From positions 64,001 to 128,000 of the forward strand of contig OZ220090.1 of assembly GCA_964291625.2 (NCBI GenBank): 64,000 bases of DNA, written 5' to 3'. Made by a program: the position numbers and the translations under genes. The DNA is from Candidatus Latescibacterota bacterium. Lineage in GTDB: Bacteria > Latescibacterota > UBA2968 > UBA8231. Every line of letters begins with the position of its first letter. The stretch's first letter is position 1. Below are positions 1 through 9,998 of this stretch, piece after piece. Under the pieces are notes generated by a model. The model was not told the origin of the DNA and did no database searches. It was given only the letters and a program-made list of their open reading frames with translations.

Positions 1-773
1 ACCTCAGGGAGTGGGACCAGTCCCTGGAGGCCTTCCAGGGCCTCGTGGACAGGTTCCCCGACGCCGAGGTGGCCGCCGAGGCGCTGATGCGCTCCGCCGA
101 GAGCGCCTTCAACCTGGGCCGCTTCGACGAGGTGGCCGCCCTCTACGGGCGGCTCCTGGAGAGCTATCCCGAGTCGCCCTTCAGCGACGACGCCATGTAC
201 AACCTCGCCTGGGCCCACTACGAGGCCAAGGACGAGGAGGCCTTCATCGCCGGCCTGGAGCGGCTGCTGAGCACCTACCCCGGCAGCGAGTTCGTCGCCG
301 ACGCCCGGTTCACCCTCGGCGACTACTACTTCAACAAGGAGGAGTACGAGAGGGCCCAGAGCGAGTACCAGGTCGTGCTCGCCGAGCACGGCGGCTCGGC
401 CATCGCCCGCGAGGTCCCCGAGGTTCTGCGCAAGGTCCGCGAGATCATCGCCTACAACGAGTACGAGCGGGCCATGGCGGTCTTCAGCGAGGGCCTGAGC
501 CTCGACAAGGAGGCCAGGGGGGACGAAGCCGTGCGCAAGTTCGAGGAGGCCGCCCCCCTCTTCGTAGCCCTCATGGAGAAGTACCCCGGCACCGAGGTCG
601 AGGTCGGCGCCCTGAGCAATCTCGGCATCTGCTACGAGTTCCTGCGCCGGTGGCAGGAGGCGGTGCAGACCTACGACAAGGTCATCGCCCTCTACGAGCA
701 GGAGAAGGCGAGCCAGGAGGCGTTCCAGTTCGCCAAGGGCCACCGCGACTGGATCGTCACCTCCCGGCTCTGA
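1..773 (+). CDS. TPR-repeat protein (BamD/YfiO/CpoB-like repeats), 5' partial
   Basis: Frame is open from the window start. Repeated helical units (YPESPFSDDAMYNLAW, YPGSEFVADARFTLGDYYF, YPGTEVEVGALSNLGICY). Confidence 0.8.
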   Translation, partial: LREWDQSLEAFQGLVDRFPDAEVAAEALMRSAESAFNLGRFDEVAALYGRLLESYPESPFSDDAMYNLAWAHYEAKDEEAFIAGLERLLSTYPGSEFVADARFTLGDYYFNKEEYERAQSEYQVVLAEHGGSAIAREVPEVLRKVREIIAYNEYERAMAVFSEGLSLDKEARGDEAVRKFEEAAPLFVALMEKYPGTEVEVGALSNLGICYEFLRRWQEAVQTYDKVIALYEQEKASQEAFQFAKGHRDWIVTSRL

Positions 774-795
774 TGAAGCAAGGAAAGGGTGAGAA

Positions 796-1584
796 ATGAA
801 CTCCCGGCGAAAGTCGATCTGTCGGATCCTGGTGTGCTGCGCCCCCCTGGCCGCGGCGGGGTGCATCATCTTCCCGCCCAAGATCCACTACAACTCCTAC
901 ATGGTCCCCGCCACCCAGGCCGGCGAGGTCTACCGCACCGAGGAGGACGGCTCCATCTCCTACGTCATGGAGGGGCTCCGCCTCAACGTGCGTTTCCTCA
1001 CCGACGCCGAGCTGAACGCCCTGCTGCCGGAGGACTCCGTCAAGGGGAAGTACTCCACGAACCCCTACACCTACGGCGACCACGTGGACGGCGACGTGGG
1101 CTACATCCCCGACCGCTTCACCACCTTCCGGGTCAGCGTCTTCAACCAGACCTTCGCCAAGGTGCAGCTCAACCCCATCGAGGTCGTCCTGCTCACCGAC
1201 CAGGGCGAGGAGCTGAACTCCTACGGCATTCCCTCCACCTCGCCCTTCAAGAGCTTCGAGCGCTACTACCGGGGCCTGAGAGGGCAGAGCGGCAACGAGT
1301 TCTACCGCTTCGAGGTGCGCATGGGGCACGTGCGCAGCCTCAACTACGCCGAGAGCCAGCCGATCTTCAAGGGCGAGAACTACAGCGGCCTCATCGCCTT
1401 CGACGCCCTCGACCGCGACGTGCGCCGCGTGCGCCTCGTGCTCAGGGAGTTCACCCTCAAGTTCGACGAGTTCGGCGTGCCCCTGGAGACGATCGACTGC
1501 CGCTTCGACTTCCGCCGCGAGATCGAGATGTGGGAGGTGGAGGAAGAGGACGAGACGCTGGTCAGCGACAGGGGCCAGTCCTGA
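796..1584 (+). CDS. Hypothetical lipoprotein
   Basis: Basic N-terminus, hydrophobic stretch and lipobox-like LAAAGC; host-like codon usage. Confidence 0.7.
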   Translation: MNSRRKSICRILVCCAPLAAAGCIIFPPKIHYNSYMVPATQAGEVYRTEEDGSISYVMEGLRLNVRFLTDAELNALLPEDSVKGKYSTNPYTYGDHVDGDVGYIPDRFTTFRVSVFNQTFAKVQLNPIEVVLLTDQGEELNSYGIPSTSPFKSFERYYRGLRGQSGNEFYRFEVRMGHVRSLNYAESQPIFKGENYSGLIAFDALDRDVRRVRLVLREFTLKFDEFGVPLETIDCRFDFRREIEMWEVEEEDETLVSDRGQS

Positions 1585-1593
1585 AGCCGCCCC

Positions 1594-2526
1594 GTGCCAG
1601 AGGCGACTAGGCCCTGCCGGCCGCTTCCCTCGCGGCCGGTCAAGCTGTTCCTGCTGCTCCTTCTTCTGTATCCGGTCTGCTCCCCGGCCGCCCAGCGGGG
1701 GGAGCGGATCCTGGTGATCCCCTTCGAGGACCACAGCGAGTTCCGCGGCACCTGGGACCTCCGGCAGGGGGTCCCGCAACTGCTGAGCGAGTTGCTGCGC
1801 GAGGGCGGCGCCTTCGAGGTCCTGCCCTTCGACACCCTCGCCGCTCCGGCCGCCGGGGCCGGGGGCGCCTCCAGGCTGGACCGGGCACTGCAGGCCGGCC
1901 GCGAGGCCGGCGCCGACCTGGTTCTCGGCGGCCGGATCCACCACTTCGCCATCAAGCGCTTCAACGTCGGCAGCCCCCTCGTGGGCGGGTTCACCTCCTA
2001 TTCCGTCCTCGTCGAGGTCGACGCCCGCCTGACGCGGGTCCTCACGGGGTCCCGCGACGGGGAGGAGGTCAGCGGCCGGGCGGAGGTCAAGGACAAGGAC
2101 CTGGGCCTGACCCTGCTGGGCCGGACCACCGAGACCGAGGCCGCCCTCGCCCGCCTCAACGAGGTCCCCTTCGGGGCGCCGGAGTTCCGCGAGACGATCG
2201 TCGGCGCCGCCACCCTCGACGCCCTCGGCCAGGTCGCCGGGGAGCTGTCGGCCCTGGTCGTGGTCTCGGCGGTGGAGGGGAAGGTCCTCAGCCTCGAGGA
2301 GGACGGGGGATTCGTGGACCTCGGCCTGGCCGACCGGGTCGAGGCCGGCTACCGGCTGGCCGTGCACTCCCGGCGGGACACGCAACGGGTGGGCACGGTG
2401 CAGATCGTCGAGGTCTTCGCGCCTCACCTGTCGAGGTTCCACACCCTCGAGGGCGGGGGGGCCATCGAGGCGGGGGATCTCCTTCGTTCCCCGCCTGAGG
2501 GCGACTCCTGGAGGGGAGATCGATGA
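1594..2526 (+). CDS. Secreted CsgG/TolB_N-like protein with FlgT-C-like beta domain
   Basis: Signal peptide; RILVIPFED, GADLVLGGRI and VEVDARL motifs; C-terminal VDLGLADRVEAGYRL resembles FlgT_C. Confidence 0.55.
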   Translation: MPEATRPCRPLPSRPVKLFLLLLLLYPVCSPAAQRGERILVIPFEDHSEFRGTWDLRQGVPQLLSELLREGGAFEVLPFDTLAAPAAGAGGASRLDRALQAGREAGADLVLGGRIHHFAIKRFNVGSPLVGGFTSYSVLVEVDARLTRVLTGSRDGEEVSGRAEVKDKDLGLTLLGRTTETEAALARLNEVPFGAPEFRETIVGAATLDALGQVAGELSALVVVSAVEGKVLSLEEDGGFVDLGLADRVEAGYRLAVHSRRDTQRVGTVQIVEVFAPHLSRFHTLEGGGAIEAGDLLRSPPEGDSWRGDR

Positions 2527-4361
2527 GCGCCGACGCGCGGGATCTCGAGCCGACCTGGGCCGATCGCACCGACGACGTCGACGCAAGGGTCGAGATGCTG
2601 CGGCGGGCGCTGCGCACGGGGAACCACGAGCTGGCCCTGGGCCTGGCCGCCTCCATCAAGGAGACCGTCGCCAACGAGCGCATGATGGGCGCCGACCCGG
2701 GCCCCGCCGCCCTGCCCGGCCACTGCTGGCAGCCGGCCGGGCGGCTGCCGGCGCCCTGGTCCCGATGGGCCGACGGCTGGGAGCTGTGGCAGAGCGTGCG
2801 CCTCAGGGAGACGATCGGCCAGCCGCGGCAGGCCGAGCCCCTGGATCTCCTCGTCGGCATGCCCGCGGAGAGGGTGGCCTCGCCGCAACGGGAGCTGCGG
2901 GTTGCACGGCTCGAGGACGGCCGGCCGTGCGAGGTCCGCAGCCAGGTCTACGGCGAGGTCCGCCGGGGGCCGAACTGGTTCGCCCACCTGGTCTTCGAGG
3001 CCGATGTCCCCGCCGCCGGCGAGGCCGTCTTCCTCGTCTTCTGCGGCAACCCGGCCGCCGAGCTGCCGGACTACCCGAGCCGCCTCGGCATCCGCGGCGA
3101 AGGGATCGGCCTGGAGATCGAGACCCCCCACTACGTGGCCACCCTCTCCCGGCAGATGGGTCAGCTGGAGTCCCTGACGCCCAGATGGCACCTGGGCGGG
3201 CTGCGGTTGTCCACCCACGGGGACGGCCACGGCGAGCCCCCCAACCTCGACTGGGCCCACGACTACACCACGGCCGGGGCTTTCCAGAAGATGCGGGTGA
3301 CGAACTGGGCCGAGTGCCCCCATTACGAAGTGGTGCGCGGTCCCTTGTGCGCCATCGTGCGGCGCTTCGGCTTTCCCCACAGCCCGGTGCATCCGCTGTT
3401 CACGCCCAGCCGCCTGTTCATGGACCTGACCTACACCTTCTACGCCGGCGTCCCCTGGTTCCTCAAGGACGGCCGCATGGAGGCGACGCGCGATTTCTGC
3501 GCCCACGTGGCCCGCGACGACGAGTGGTACTTCGGCGGCCGGCCCTTCGACGCCTCCCTGTGGATGGACAGGGAAGGCCGCGTCCACGAGGGCCCGGTGC
3601 CGCCGGAGCAGATCGACCACGTCTGGGGCGCCGGCTTCTACCATCGCCAGAGCCGGGACAGCATCTTCGCCATCTACCTGGACCATCGTCTCGAGGGATC
3701 GCCCGGCGCCGGACCGGAGGGCACGACCCCGGCGAGGCTCCATCAGCGCCTCGACATCACCCTCGACCATGCCAGGCCGGGCGAGCCGCCCCACGCCTCG
3801 GTCTGGTGCCGTCCCATGTTGCGCGACAGCGCCTGGCTGCAGGCCGGAACGGCCCTCGTGCAGCGCAACGCCTACCTGCTGGCGCCCTATCCCCGGCCGG
3901 GCGGCGCCGCGGGACTGGAAGCCCTGCGCCAACGCCTGCTGTCGCCGCTGGTGGCCGAAGCCGACGGGACGCCGCCGCCGGCCCCGGCCGGCGGGGCCTC
4001 GGAGGCGGCACAACCTCTGGCTCGGGTCGGCGAGCGCCCCGTGGACCGGCCGCGGAAACGCGCCCTCTGGGAGGCGATGGCGGAGGTTCGCGAGGACCAG
4101 CTGTACGCCGGCGCCGCCAGCCTGGTCGACATGGGCTACATCTACGACGTGCGCACACGCGGCGACGACGTGCGCGTGGTGATGACGATGCCCCACCGGG
4201 GGCGGCCGAAGTACGACTTTCTCGCCAAACCGCTGAGGGCGCGGCTGGAACAGCTGCCGGGCGTCGGCTCCGTCGTCGTCGAGCTGACCTGGGAGCCGCC
4301 GTGGACACCCAACCGCCTCACCGACGCCGGCCGCCGCCTGATGGGTCTGGCCGACGGCTGA
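2523..4361 (+). CDS. Large hypothetical protein with C-terminal DUF59/MIP18 (SufT-like) domain
   Basis: C-terminal SLVDMGYIYDV...VVVELTWEPPWTPNRLTDAGRRLMG is typical of DUF59; ATGA overlap with the upstream gene. Confidence 0.7.
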   Translation: MSADARDLEPTWADRTDDVDARVEMLRRALRTGNHELALGLAASIKETVANERMMGADPGPAALPGHCWQPAGRLPAPWSRWADGWELWQSVRLRETIGQPRQAEPLDLLVGMPAERVASPQRELRVARLEDGRPCEVRSQVYGEVRRGPNWFAHLVFEADVPAAGEAVFLVFCGNPAAELPDYPSRLGIRGEGIGLEIETPHYVATLSRQMGQLESLTPRWHLGGLRLSTHGDGHGEPPNLDWAHDYTTAGAFQKMRVTNWAECPHYEVVRGPLCAIVRRFGFPHSPVHPLFTPSRLFMDLTYTFYAGVPWFLKDGRMEATRDFCAHVARDDEWYFGGRPFDASLWMDREGRVHEGPVPPEQIDHVWGAGFYHRQSRDSIFAIYLDHRLEGSPGAGPEGTTPARLHQRLDITLDHARPGEPPHASVWCRPMLRDSAWLQAGTALVQRNAYLLAPYPRPGGAAGLEALRQRLLSPLVAEADGTPPPAPAGGASEAAQPLARVGERPVDRPRKRALWEAMAEVREDQLYAGAASLVDMGYIYDVRTRGDDVRVVMTMPHRGRPKYDFLAKPLRARLEQLPGVGSVVVELTWEPPWTPNRLTDAGRRLMGLADG

Positions 4362-4504
4362 CGAGCCGCAGGCGGCGCCGGCAAGCGTCTCGCCGAGGGT
4401 TGCCTGTCCCGCCCGGCGACGGGACGCGCAAATCGCGGCCGCAGCGGGCTGCACGGACGCCGGCGGGCCCATGCCCGGCACCCGTTTTCTGCTGGTGCGG
4501 CGTC

Positions 4505-4533
4505 TGGACCGGGGTCGGCCGGCGGGGTATATT
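4505..4533 (+). promoter_or_regulatory. Putative sigma70 promoter of the PspA-polyamine operon
   Basis: TGGACC (4505-4510), 17-nt spacer, TATATT (4528-4533) in the intergenic region before the J-domain gene. Confidence 0.45.
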
Positions 4534-4570
4534 CGCGAATCACCCCACGCCGCCATCACATTCGATTCGA

Positions 4571-4927
4571 GTGTCCGCAGATCTCCTCCGCCGACTCTTC
4601 CACCTCACCCGCGCCCGCGTCGGCTCCCGGTCGCCCCCGCCGTCCAACGGCGATGAACCGATTCACGACCGGCCGGGTGATCCCGGGCCGGCCACGCCGG
4701 TACCGGACGAGAAGCTGGCCGGGTACTACGCCAACCTCGAGATTCCCTACGGTTCGGATCTGGCCACCGTGCGCGCGGCCTGGAAGGACCTGATGAAGAA
4801 GTACCACCCCGACCTCCACGGCGCCGACCCCGAGAAGCAGCGGCTGGCCGGCGAGATCACCGCCAGACTGACACGAGCCTGTCAGGAGCTGGAGGCGGCC
4901 CTGGAGCGGGGCAACGGGAGAGGCTGA
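4571..4927 (+). CDS. Small DnaJ-domain protein
   Basis: YYANLEI...VRAAWKDLMKKYHPD (HPD motif). GTG start at 4571 chosen inside the long ORF 2765..4927. Confidence 0.8.
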   Translation: MSADLLRRLFHLTRARVGSRSPPPSNGDEPIHDRPGDPGPATPVPDEKLAGYYANLEIPYGSDLATVRAAWKDLMKKYHPDLHGADPEKQRLAGEITARLTRACQELEAALERGNGRG

Positions 4928-5000
4928 ACGCGGTGCGGCGCCAACCACGTCAAAGCCGGCGGTCCGTGGCCGCCGCAACCGAGCAGATTCGCGAGGGCCC

Positions 5001-5396
5001 ATGACAGATCACTTCGAGCGCGTCAAGGAGTACATACTGGAGCTGGGTTTCTCCATCGACGAGGAGATCCCCGAGGAAGAGATCGTCGTCATCAACGACG
5101 CGGAGCGCGGCATTCACGAGCTGGTCATCGACTGCGAGGACGACCTGGTCGTGCTGGAGCAGCTTATCCTCAAGTTCGAGGGGGAGGTGCCGGCGGCCGT
5201 CTACCGCCGCATCCTGCAGATGAACCGCAGCCTCGTCTTCGGCGCCTTCATCCTCAACGAGGACGGGAACCTCCTCCTCTACCGCAACACCCTGGCCCTC
5301 GACAACCTCGACCTGAACGAACTCGAGACGACCATCAACGCCCTCAGTCTGGGCCTGGCGGAAAACGGCGACGAGCTCCTCGGCTTCCTCGCCTGA
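5001..5396 (+). CDS. YbjN/CesT (type III chaperone-fold) protein
   Basis: 131-aa acidic protein with RRILQMNRSLVFGAF and LDLNELETTINAL; lies directly upstream of PspA, as yjfI does of yjfJ. Confidence 0.75.
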   Translation: MTDHFERVKEYILELGFSIDEEIPEEEIVVINDAERGIHELVIDCEDDLVVLEQLILKFEGEVPAAVYRRILQMNRSLVFGAFILNEDGNLLLYRNTLALDNLDLNELETTINALSLGLAENGDELLGFLA

Positions 5397-5441
5397 GCCG
5401 GCTCGCACCGAGTCTTTCACCACGACACAAGGAAGTCGGAA

Positions 5442-6149
5442 ATGGCTGGCATCTTCAATCGCCTCTTCAAAGCGGGTGAGGCCGAGGCCCACGCCCTCGT
5501 CGACAAGCTCGAGGACCCCATCAAGATGAGCGAGCAGGCCGTTCGCGACCTGCGCAAGGACCTGCAGGAGAGCCTCAGGAGCCTGGGCGAGGTCAAGTCG
5601 CTGGCGATTCGCATGGCCAAGGACGCCGAGGACGCCAAGCGCCTGGCCGGGGACTACGAGCGCAAGGCGATGCTGCTGCTGCAGCGGGGGCAGGCCGGCG
5701 AGGTCGACAACGCCGAGGCGGAGAGGCTCGCCATGGAGGCCCTGAGCCGCAAGGAGGAAGCGGCCGCCCGGGCGCTGCAGGCGACCGAGCAGGCCCAGCA
5801 GCAGCAGCAGATGGTGGACAGCCTCCAGAACAACGTCAATCAGCTCAAGTCGAAGGTCGCTTCCTACGAGAACGACCTGGTCATGCTCAAGGCCCGGGCG
5901 CGGACGGCCAATGCCACGCGCAAGATCAACCAGCGCCTGTCCAACGTCGACACCAACGGCACCGTGGCCCTCCTCGAGCGCATGAAGGAGAAGGTCTCCG
6001 AAGAGGAGGCCCTGGGGCAGGCCTACGGCGAGATGGCCGACGCGGGCGGCTCCGTGGACGAGGAGATCGACAAGGCCCTGGCCAGCGGCAGCCCGGGCAA
6101 GTCCCAGGACTCGCTGGCCGAGCTCAAGTCCAAGATGGGCATCAGCTGA
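5442..6149 (+). CDS. pspA: PspA/IM30 (ESCRT-III-like) family protein
   Basis: MAGIFNRL...LEDP N-terminus, long coiled coil, LKARA, ERMKEKV, C-terminal LAELKSKMG. Confidence 0.92.
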   Translation: MAGIFNRLFKAGEAEAHALVDKLEDPIKMSEQAVRDLRKDLQESLRSLGEVKSLAIRMAKDAEDAKRLAGDYERKAMLLLQRGQAGEVDNAEAERLAMEALSRKEEAAARALQATEQAQQQQQMVDSLQNNVNQLKSKVASYENDLVMLKARARTANATRKINQRLSNVDTNGTVALLERMKEKVSEEEALGQAYGEMADAGGSVDEEIDKALASGSPGKSQDSLAELKSKMGIS

Positions 6150-6195
6150 CGGGGGCCGCGCCAGCGGTTCCCTGCCACACAGAGTACCCCCACCC

Positions 6196-7875
6196 ATGCC
6201 GCAGGTGCCGCGCAGGAGCTTCCTCAAGTCGCTCCTGGCCGGCTCCGTGTGTCTGCCCTACGCCTGCGGCGAGCGCCCGCCGCCCCCCCATGGGGTCGAC
6301 GTGGAGGCCCGCTTCGTCGATGCCGTGCCGCCGGAGCGCGGCCACCTGCTGCTGCCCGCCGTCGAACCCGCGGAGTTCGCCGCCGCGGCCGAGACCAGCG
6401 TCGACGTGCTCGTCGTCGGCGGCGGCGTGTCGGGACTGGCGGCCTGCTGGAAGCTCCGGCAGGCCGGGGTGGAGCGCCTGCTCCTGGTGGAGCTCGCCGA
6501 CACTCTCGGCGGAAATGCCGTGGCCGGGCAGGCAGGCGACCTGGTATTCCCCTGGGGGGCCCACTACATCAACGTGCCGCCGGCAGAGGCGGACTGCGTC
6601 CACGAGGTGCTCTCCGATCTCGGCGTGATCCGCGGGTACGACGCCGCCGGCCGTCCCCTGGTGGACCCCGACCACCTGTTGCGCTGGCCCGCCGAGCGGT
6701 TGTGGGCGGACGGCAGCTGGGTCGAGGGGCTCGACCCCTTCGCCGACGCCGGGGAGGGGGAGATGGAGGAGCTGCGGGCCTTCGAGGACGACATGCTGCG
6801 CTGGACCTTGCACCGCGGGCGGGACGGCCGCCGGGCCTTCGCCATGCCCCTGGCCTACAGCACGGCCGAGGCCCGGGTGCGCCAGCTGGACGACCAGAGC
6901 ATGGCCCGCTACGTGGAGAGCCGCGGCTGGCGCAGCCGGCGCCTCGCGTGGCTCATCGATCAGGCCTGCAAGGACGACTACGGCAGCCTCGCCGCCGACG
7001 TCTCGGCCTGGGCCGGCATCCACTACTTCGCCTGCCGCTACTACGACTACCGCCTGAGGCAGGACTACCCCTCCGACACCTTGACCTGGCCCCAGGGCAA
7101 CCAGTTCCTCGCCGACGGCCTGGCGCGGGGGCTGACGGCCGGGGAGCGATGGCTGGCGACGGCCGTCGTCGGCCTCCGCGGTGGGGGAGCGACGGCCGAG
7201 GCCCTGTGCATCCACGCCCCCACGGGCCAGCGGCGGCGGGTCCGGGCCCGGTCCGTCGTCTACGCCGGCAAGCTGCACACGGCGGCGCGCGTCGTCGCCG
7301 ACCTGCCCGAGGCCCAGAGGCGGGCCATGGCCGGACCGGAATACGTTCCCTGGATCGTCGCCGCGGTGAGGCTGTCCGCCGAGCTGGGCGACGCGGGTCT
7401 GGCCTGGGACAACGTGGTGATGGGCAGCCCTTCCGTCGGCTACGTCTCGGCCCGCCATCAGACCTCGCCGGCCCCGGAGGACGGGGGGGAGGTCCTCGTT
7501 TACTACCTGCCCCTGGTCGGGGACCCGGCCGCCTCCCGGCAGGAGCTGCTGCGGAGCGATCCGCAGCCGTGGGCGCGAAGGGTGATGGCCGATCTGGTCC
7601 GCGTCCATCCGCAACTGCCCGGTCTGGTGGAAGGGATCGACATCTGCCGCTGGGGCCACGGCATGGTCCGTCCGGCGCCGGGCCTCATCTGGGGGCCCGA
7701 GAGCGATCTGCGGCGTCAGCCGTGGGGGACCGTGGCCTTCGCGTCCTGCGACGCCACCGGGCTGCCCCTCTTCGAGGAGTCCCTGTTCACCGGCATCGCC
7801 GCGGCCGAGCGCTGTCTCGACGTGCTCGACGCTCCCTACAAGACATCCCTCCACGGCCTGCCGGCCCATGGATGA
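6196..7875 (+). CDS. Tat-exported FAD-dependent oxidoreductase (amine oxidase-like)
   Basis: RRSFLK twin-arginine motif; VVGGGVSGL Rossmann motif; WGAHY, WGHGM and LPLFEE motifs. Confidence 0.85.
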   Translation: MPQVPRRSFLKSLLAGSVCLPYACGERPPPPHGVDVEARFVDAVPPERGHLLLPAVEPAEFAAAAETSVDVLVVGGGVSGLAACWKLRQAGVERLLLVELADTLGGNAVAGQAGDLVFPWGAHYINVPPAEADCVHEVLSDLGVIRGYDAAGRPLVDPDHLLRWPAERLWADGSWVEGLDPFADAGEGEMEELRAFEDDMLRWTLHRGRDGRRAFAMPLAYSTAEARVRQLDDQSMARYVESRGWRSRRLAWLIDQACKDDYGSLAADVSAWAGIHYFACRYYDYRLRQDYPSDTLTWPQGNQFLADGLARGLTAGERWLATAVVGLRGGGATAEALCIHAPTGQRRRVRARSVVYAGKLHTAARVVADLPEAQRRAMAGPEYVPWIVAAVRLSAELGDAGLAWDNVVMGSPSVGYVSARHQTSPAPEDGGEVLVYYLPLVGDPAASRQELLRSDPQPWARRVMADLVRVHPQLPGLVEGIDICRWGHGMVRPAPGLIWGPESDLRRQPWGTVAFASCDATGLPLFEESLFTGIAAAERCLDVLDAPYKTSLHGLPAHG

Positions 7876-9406
7876 GCCCGCCGCCGGCCGCGGCTCCTGG
7901 GGCCCGGCGCTGCTCCTGGCCGCCATCTTCACGGCGGCGGCCTGCGCCATCGTCTACGAGCTCCTCATCGGCAGCACCTCGGCCTACTTCCTCGGCGACA
8001 GTGTCGAGCAGTTCTCGGTCACCATCGGCCTCTTCCTCGCCTCCATGGGCCTGGGATCCTGGGTGTCGCGGGCCATCACGGAGCGCCTGCTGGAGCGCTT
8101 CATCGCCTTCGAGCTGTGGCTGGCGGCCGTCGGCGGATGCTCGGTTCCGGTCCTCTACCTCGCCTACCTGCACAGCGGCCAGTTCCGCTACGTCATGGTC
8201 CTCCTCATCGTCGCCGTGGGCGCCCTCGTCGGCCTGGAACTGCCGCTGCTGACCCGCATGCTCCAGCGCTACGGCGAGCTGCGCACGGTGCTGTCCAACG
8301 TCCTGCTCCTCGACTACCTGGGCTCCCTGCTGGCGGCGCTGCTCTTTCCCTTCCTGCTCCTGCCCCTGCTGGGCGCCTTCGACACCGCCCTGGCGGCGGG
8401 CCTCCTCAACGCCGGCGTCGGCCTCGCGCTGCTGGCCGGGTTCTGGTCCAGGCTCGGGCGAGGCGCGCGGGGCCGGCTCCTGGGCCTGGGGCTGGTCGTC
8501 ACCTGCGGCCTGGGTCTGGCCCTGGCGGCGGCCAACCCCCTCCGCCAGCAGCTGGAGAGCGATCTCTACACCGACCGGATCGTCCACAGCGAGCGCTCAC
8601 CGTACCAGCGGATCGTCCTCACCCAGTGGGGCGACGACGTCCGCCTCTACCTGGACCGCCACCTGCAGTTCTCCTCCGTCGACGAGTACCGCTACCACGA
8701 GTCCCTGGTGCACCCGGCCATGGCCCTGGCCCCCCACCGGCAGCGGGTGCTCGTCATCGGCGGCGGCGACGGGCTCTCGGTGAGGGAGGTGCTGCGCCAC
8801 CGCGGCGTGGAGCGGGTCGACCTGGTCGATCTGGATCCGGCGGTCATCGACCTGGCCCGGCGCGACCTGCGCCTCACGCGCCTCAACGACAACGCTCTCA
8901 GCCGGCCGGGAGTCCGTATCTTCTCGGAGGACGGTTTCTCCTTCCTCCAGCGGGCCCACGAGCCCTATGGCGTCATCATCATCGATCTGCCCGACCCCCG
9001 GGACGAGGCCCTCTCCAAGCTCTACTCGATCGAGGTCTACCGCCTGTGCGCCCGCCATCTCTCCCCGGGAGGGGTGGTGGTCACGCAGGCCTCGAGTCCT
9101 TACTATGCGAGGACAACGTTCTGGAGCATCGCCGCCACCATGGCCGAAGCCGGCTTGCGCGTCGTGCCCTACCACACACTCGTGCCGTCCTTCGGCGAGT
9201 GGGGGTTCGTCGCCGGCCTCAGCGGTCGTGGTGAGCCGCGGGACGTGACCTTCGACGTGGACGGCCTTCGATTCATGACTGCGGAGATCTTCCGGCAGAT
9301 GCTGATCTTCCCCGGCGACATGAGCCGGCCGGCGGAGGTCGTCGTCAACCGCCTCGACCGGCCGGTGCTGTCGAGGCAGTACCGGGAAGACTGGAGCCGC
9401 TGGTAG
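7868..9406 (+). CDS. speE: Polyamine aminopropyltransferase (spermidine synthase) with N-terminal membrane domain
   Basis: About 7 TM helices followed by SPYQRI, DEYRYHESLVHP, VLVIGGGDG, IIDLPDP and VPSFGEWGF. Confidence 0.92.
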   Translation: MDEPAAGRGSWGPALLLAAIFTAAACAIVYELLIGSTSAYFLGDSVEQFSVTIGLFLASMGLGSWVSRAITERLLERFIAFELWLAAVGGCSVPVLYLAYLHSGQFRYVMVLLIVAVGALVGLELPLLTRMLQRYGELRTVLSNVLLLDYLGSLLAALLFPFLLLPLLGAFDTALAAGLLNAGVGLALLAGFWSRLGRGARGRLLGLGLVVTCGLGLALAAANPLRQQLESDLYTDRIVHSERSPYQRIVLTQWGDDVRLYLDRHLQFSSVDEYRYHESLVHPAMALAPHRQRVLVIGGGDGLSVREVLRHRGVERVDLVDLDPAVIDLARRDLRLTRLNDNALSRPGVRIFSEDGFSFLQRAHEPYGVIIIDLPDPRDEALSKLYSIEVYRLCARHLSPGGVVVTQASSPYYARTTFWSIAATMAEAGLRVVPYHTLVPSFGEWGFVAGLSGRGEPRDVTFDVDGLRFMTAEIFRQMLIFPGDMSRPAEVVVNRLDRPVLSRQYREDWSRW

Positions 9407-9425
9407 GCGCGGTGAGGAGGATCCG

Positions 9426-9998
9426 ATGATCAGCCGGGTCAGGAAGTGGCTCGGGGGCCGGGACGCCGAGGACGACCACGCCGGTCTCGCCGACCTGCGG
9501 CTCGATTCCATGGGCCCGGGCGATCTCGTCGACCACGACCTGAAGACCTGGGAGGTCACCGGCCGGAGCGTCTACGACTACGACGGTTTCCCGGCCCGGG
9601 AGTGGCAGCTGACCTGCGGCGAGGAGGTGCGCTTTCTCGAGCGCTCCGAGGAGGACGGGCGGGTCGAATGGACGTTGACGCGCAGCATCCCCATCGGTGA
9701 GATTCAGGAAGACGTGGCCGCCGCCATCGCCGCCGATGAAGACCCGCCCCGGGTGATCCACTTCGAGAGCCGGCGCTACTCGGCCTCGGAGTCCACCGCC
9801 GGGGTGCAGTGGGACCTGGCCGGCGACGGCTCGAAGGCCGAGGGGTCCGCGCGCGAGTTCATCAACTGGAGCTACGAGGCCGAGGACGGACGCGTCCTGT
9901 TTCTCGTGCAGTGGGGTGAGCAGCGGTTCTCCGCCTACGAGGGGGAGAACGTCGAGGAGTACTCCTTCACCGACATCCTGCCTGGAGGTGAACGGTGA
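9426..9998 (+). CDS. DUF4178-like protein
   Basis: Acidic beta-rich protein (GDLVDHDLKTWEVTGR, REWQL); its position matches DUF4178 in speE/DUF350 operons; GGAGG RBS. Confidence 0.65.
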   Translation: MISRVRKWLGGRDAEDDHAGLADLRLDSMGPGDLVDHDLKTWEVTGRSVYDYDGFPAREWQLTCGEEVRFLERSEEDGRVEWTLTRSIPIGEIQEDVAAAIAADEDPPRVIHFESRRYSASESTAGVQWDLAGDGSKAEGSAREFINWSYEAEDGRVLFLVQWGEQRFSAYEGENVEEYSFTDILPGGER

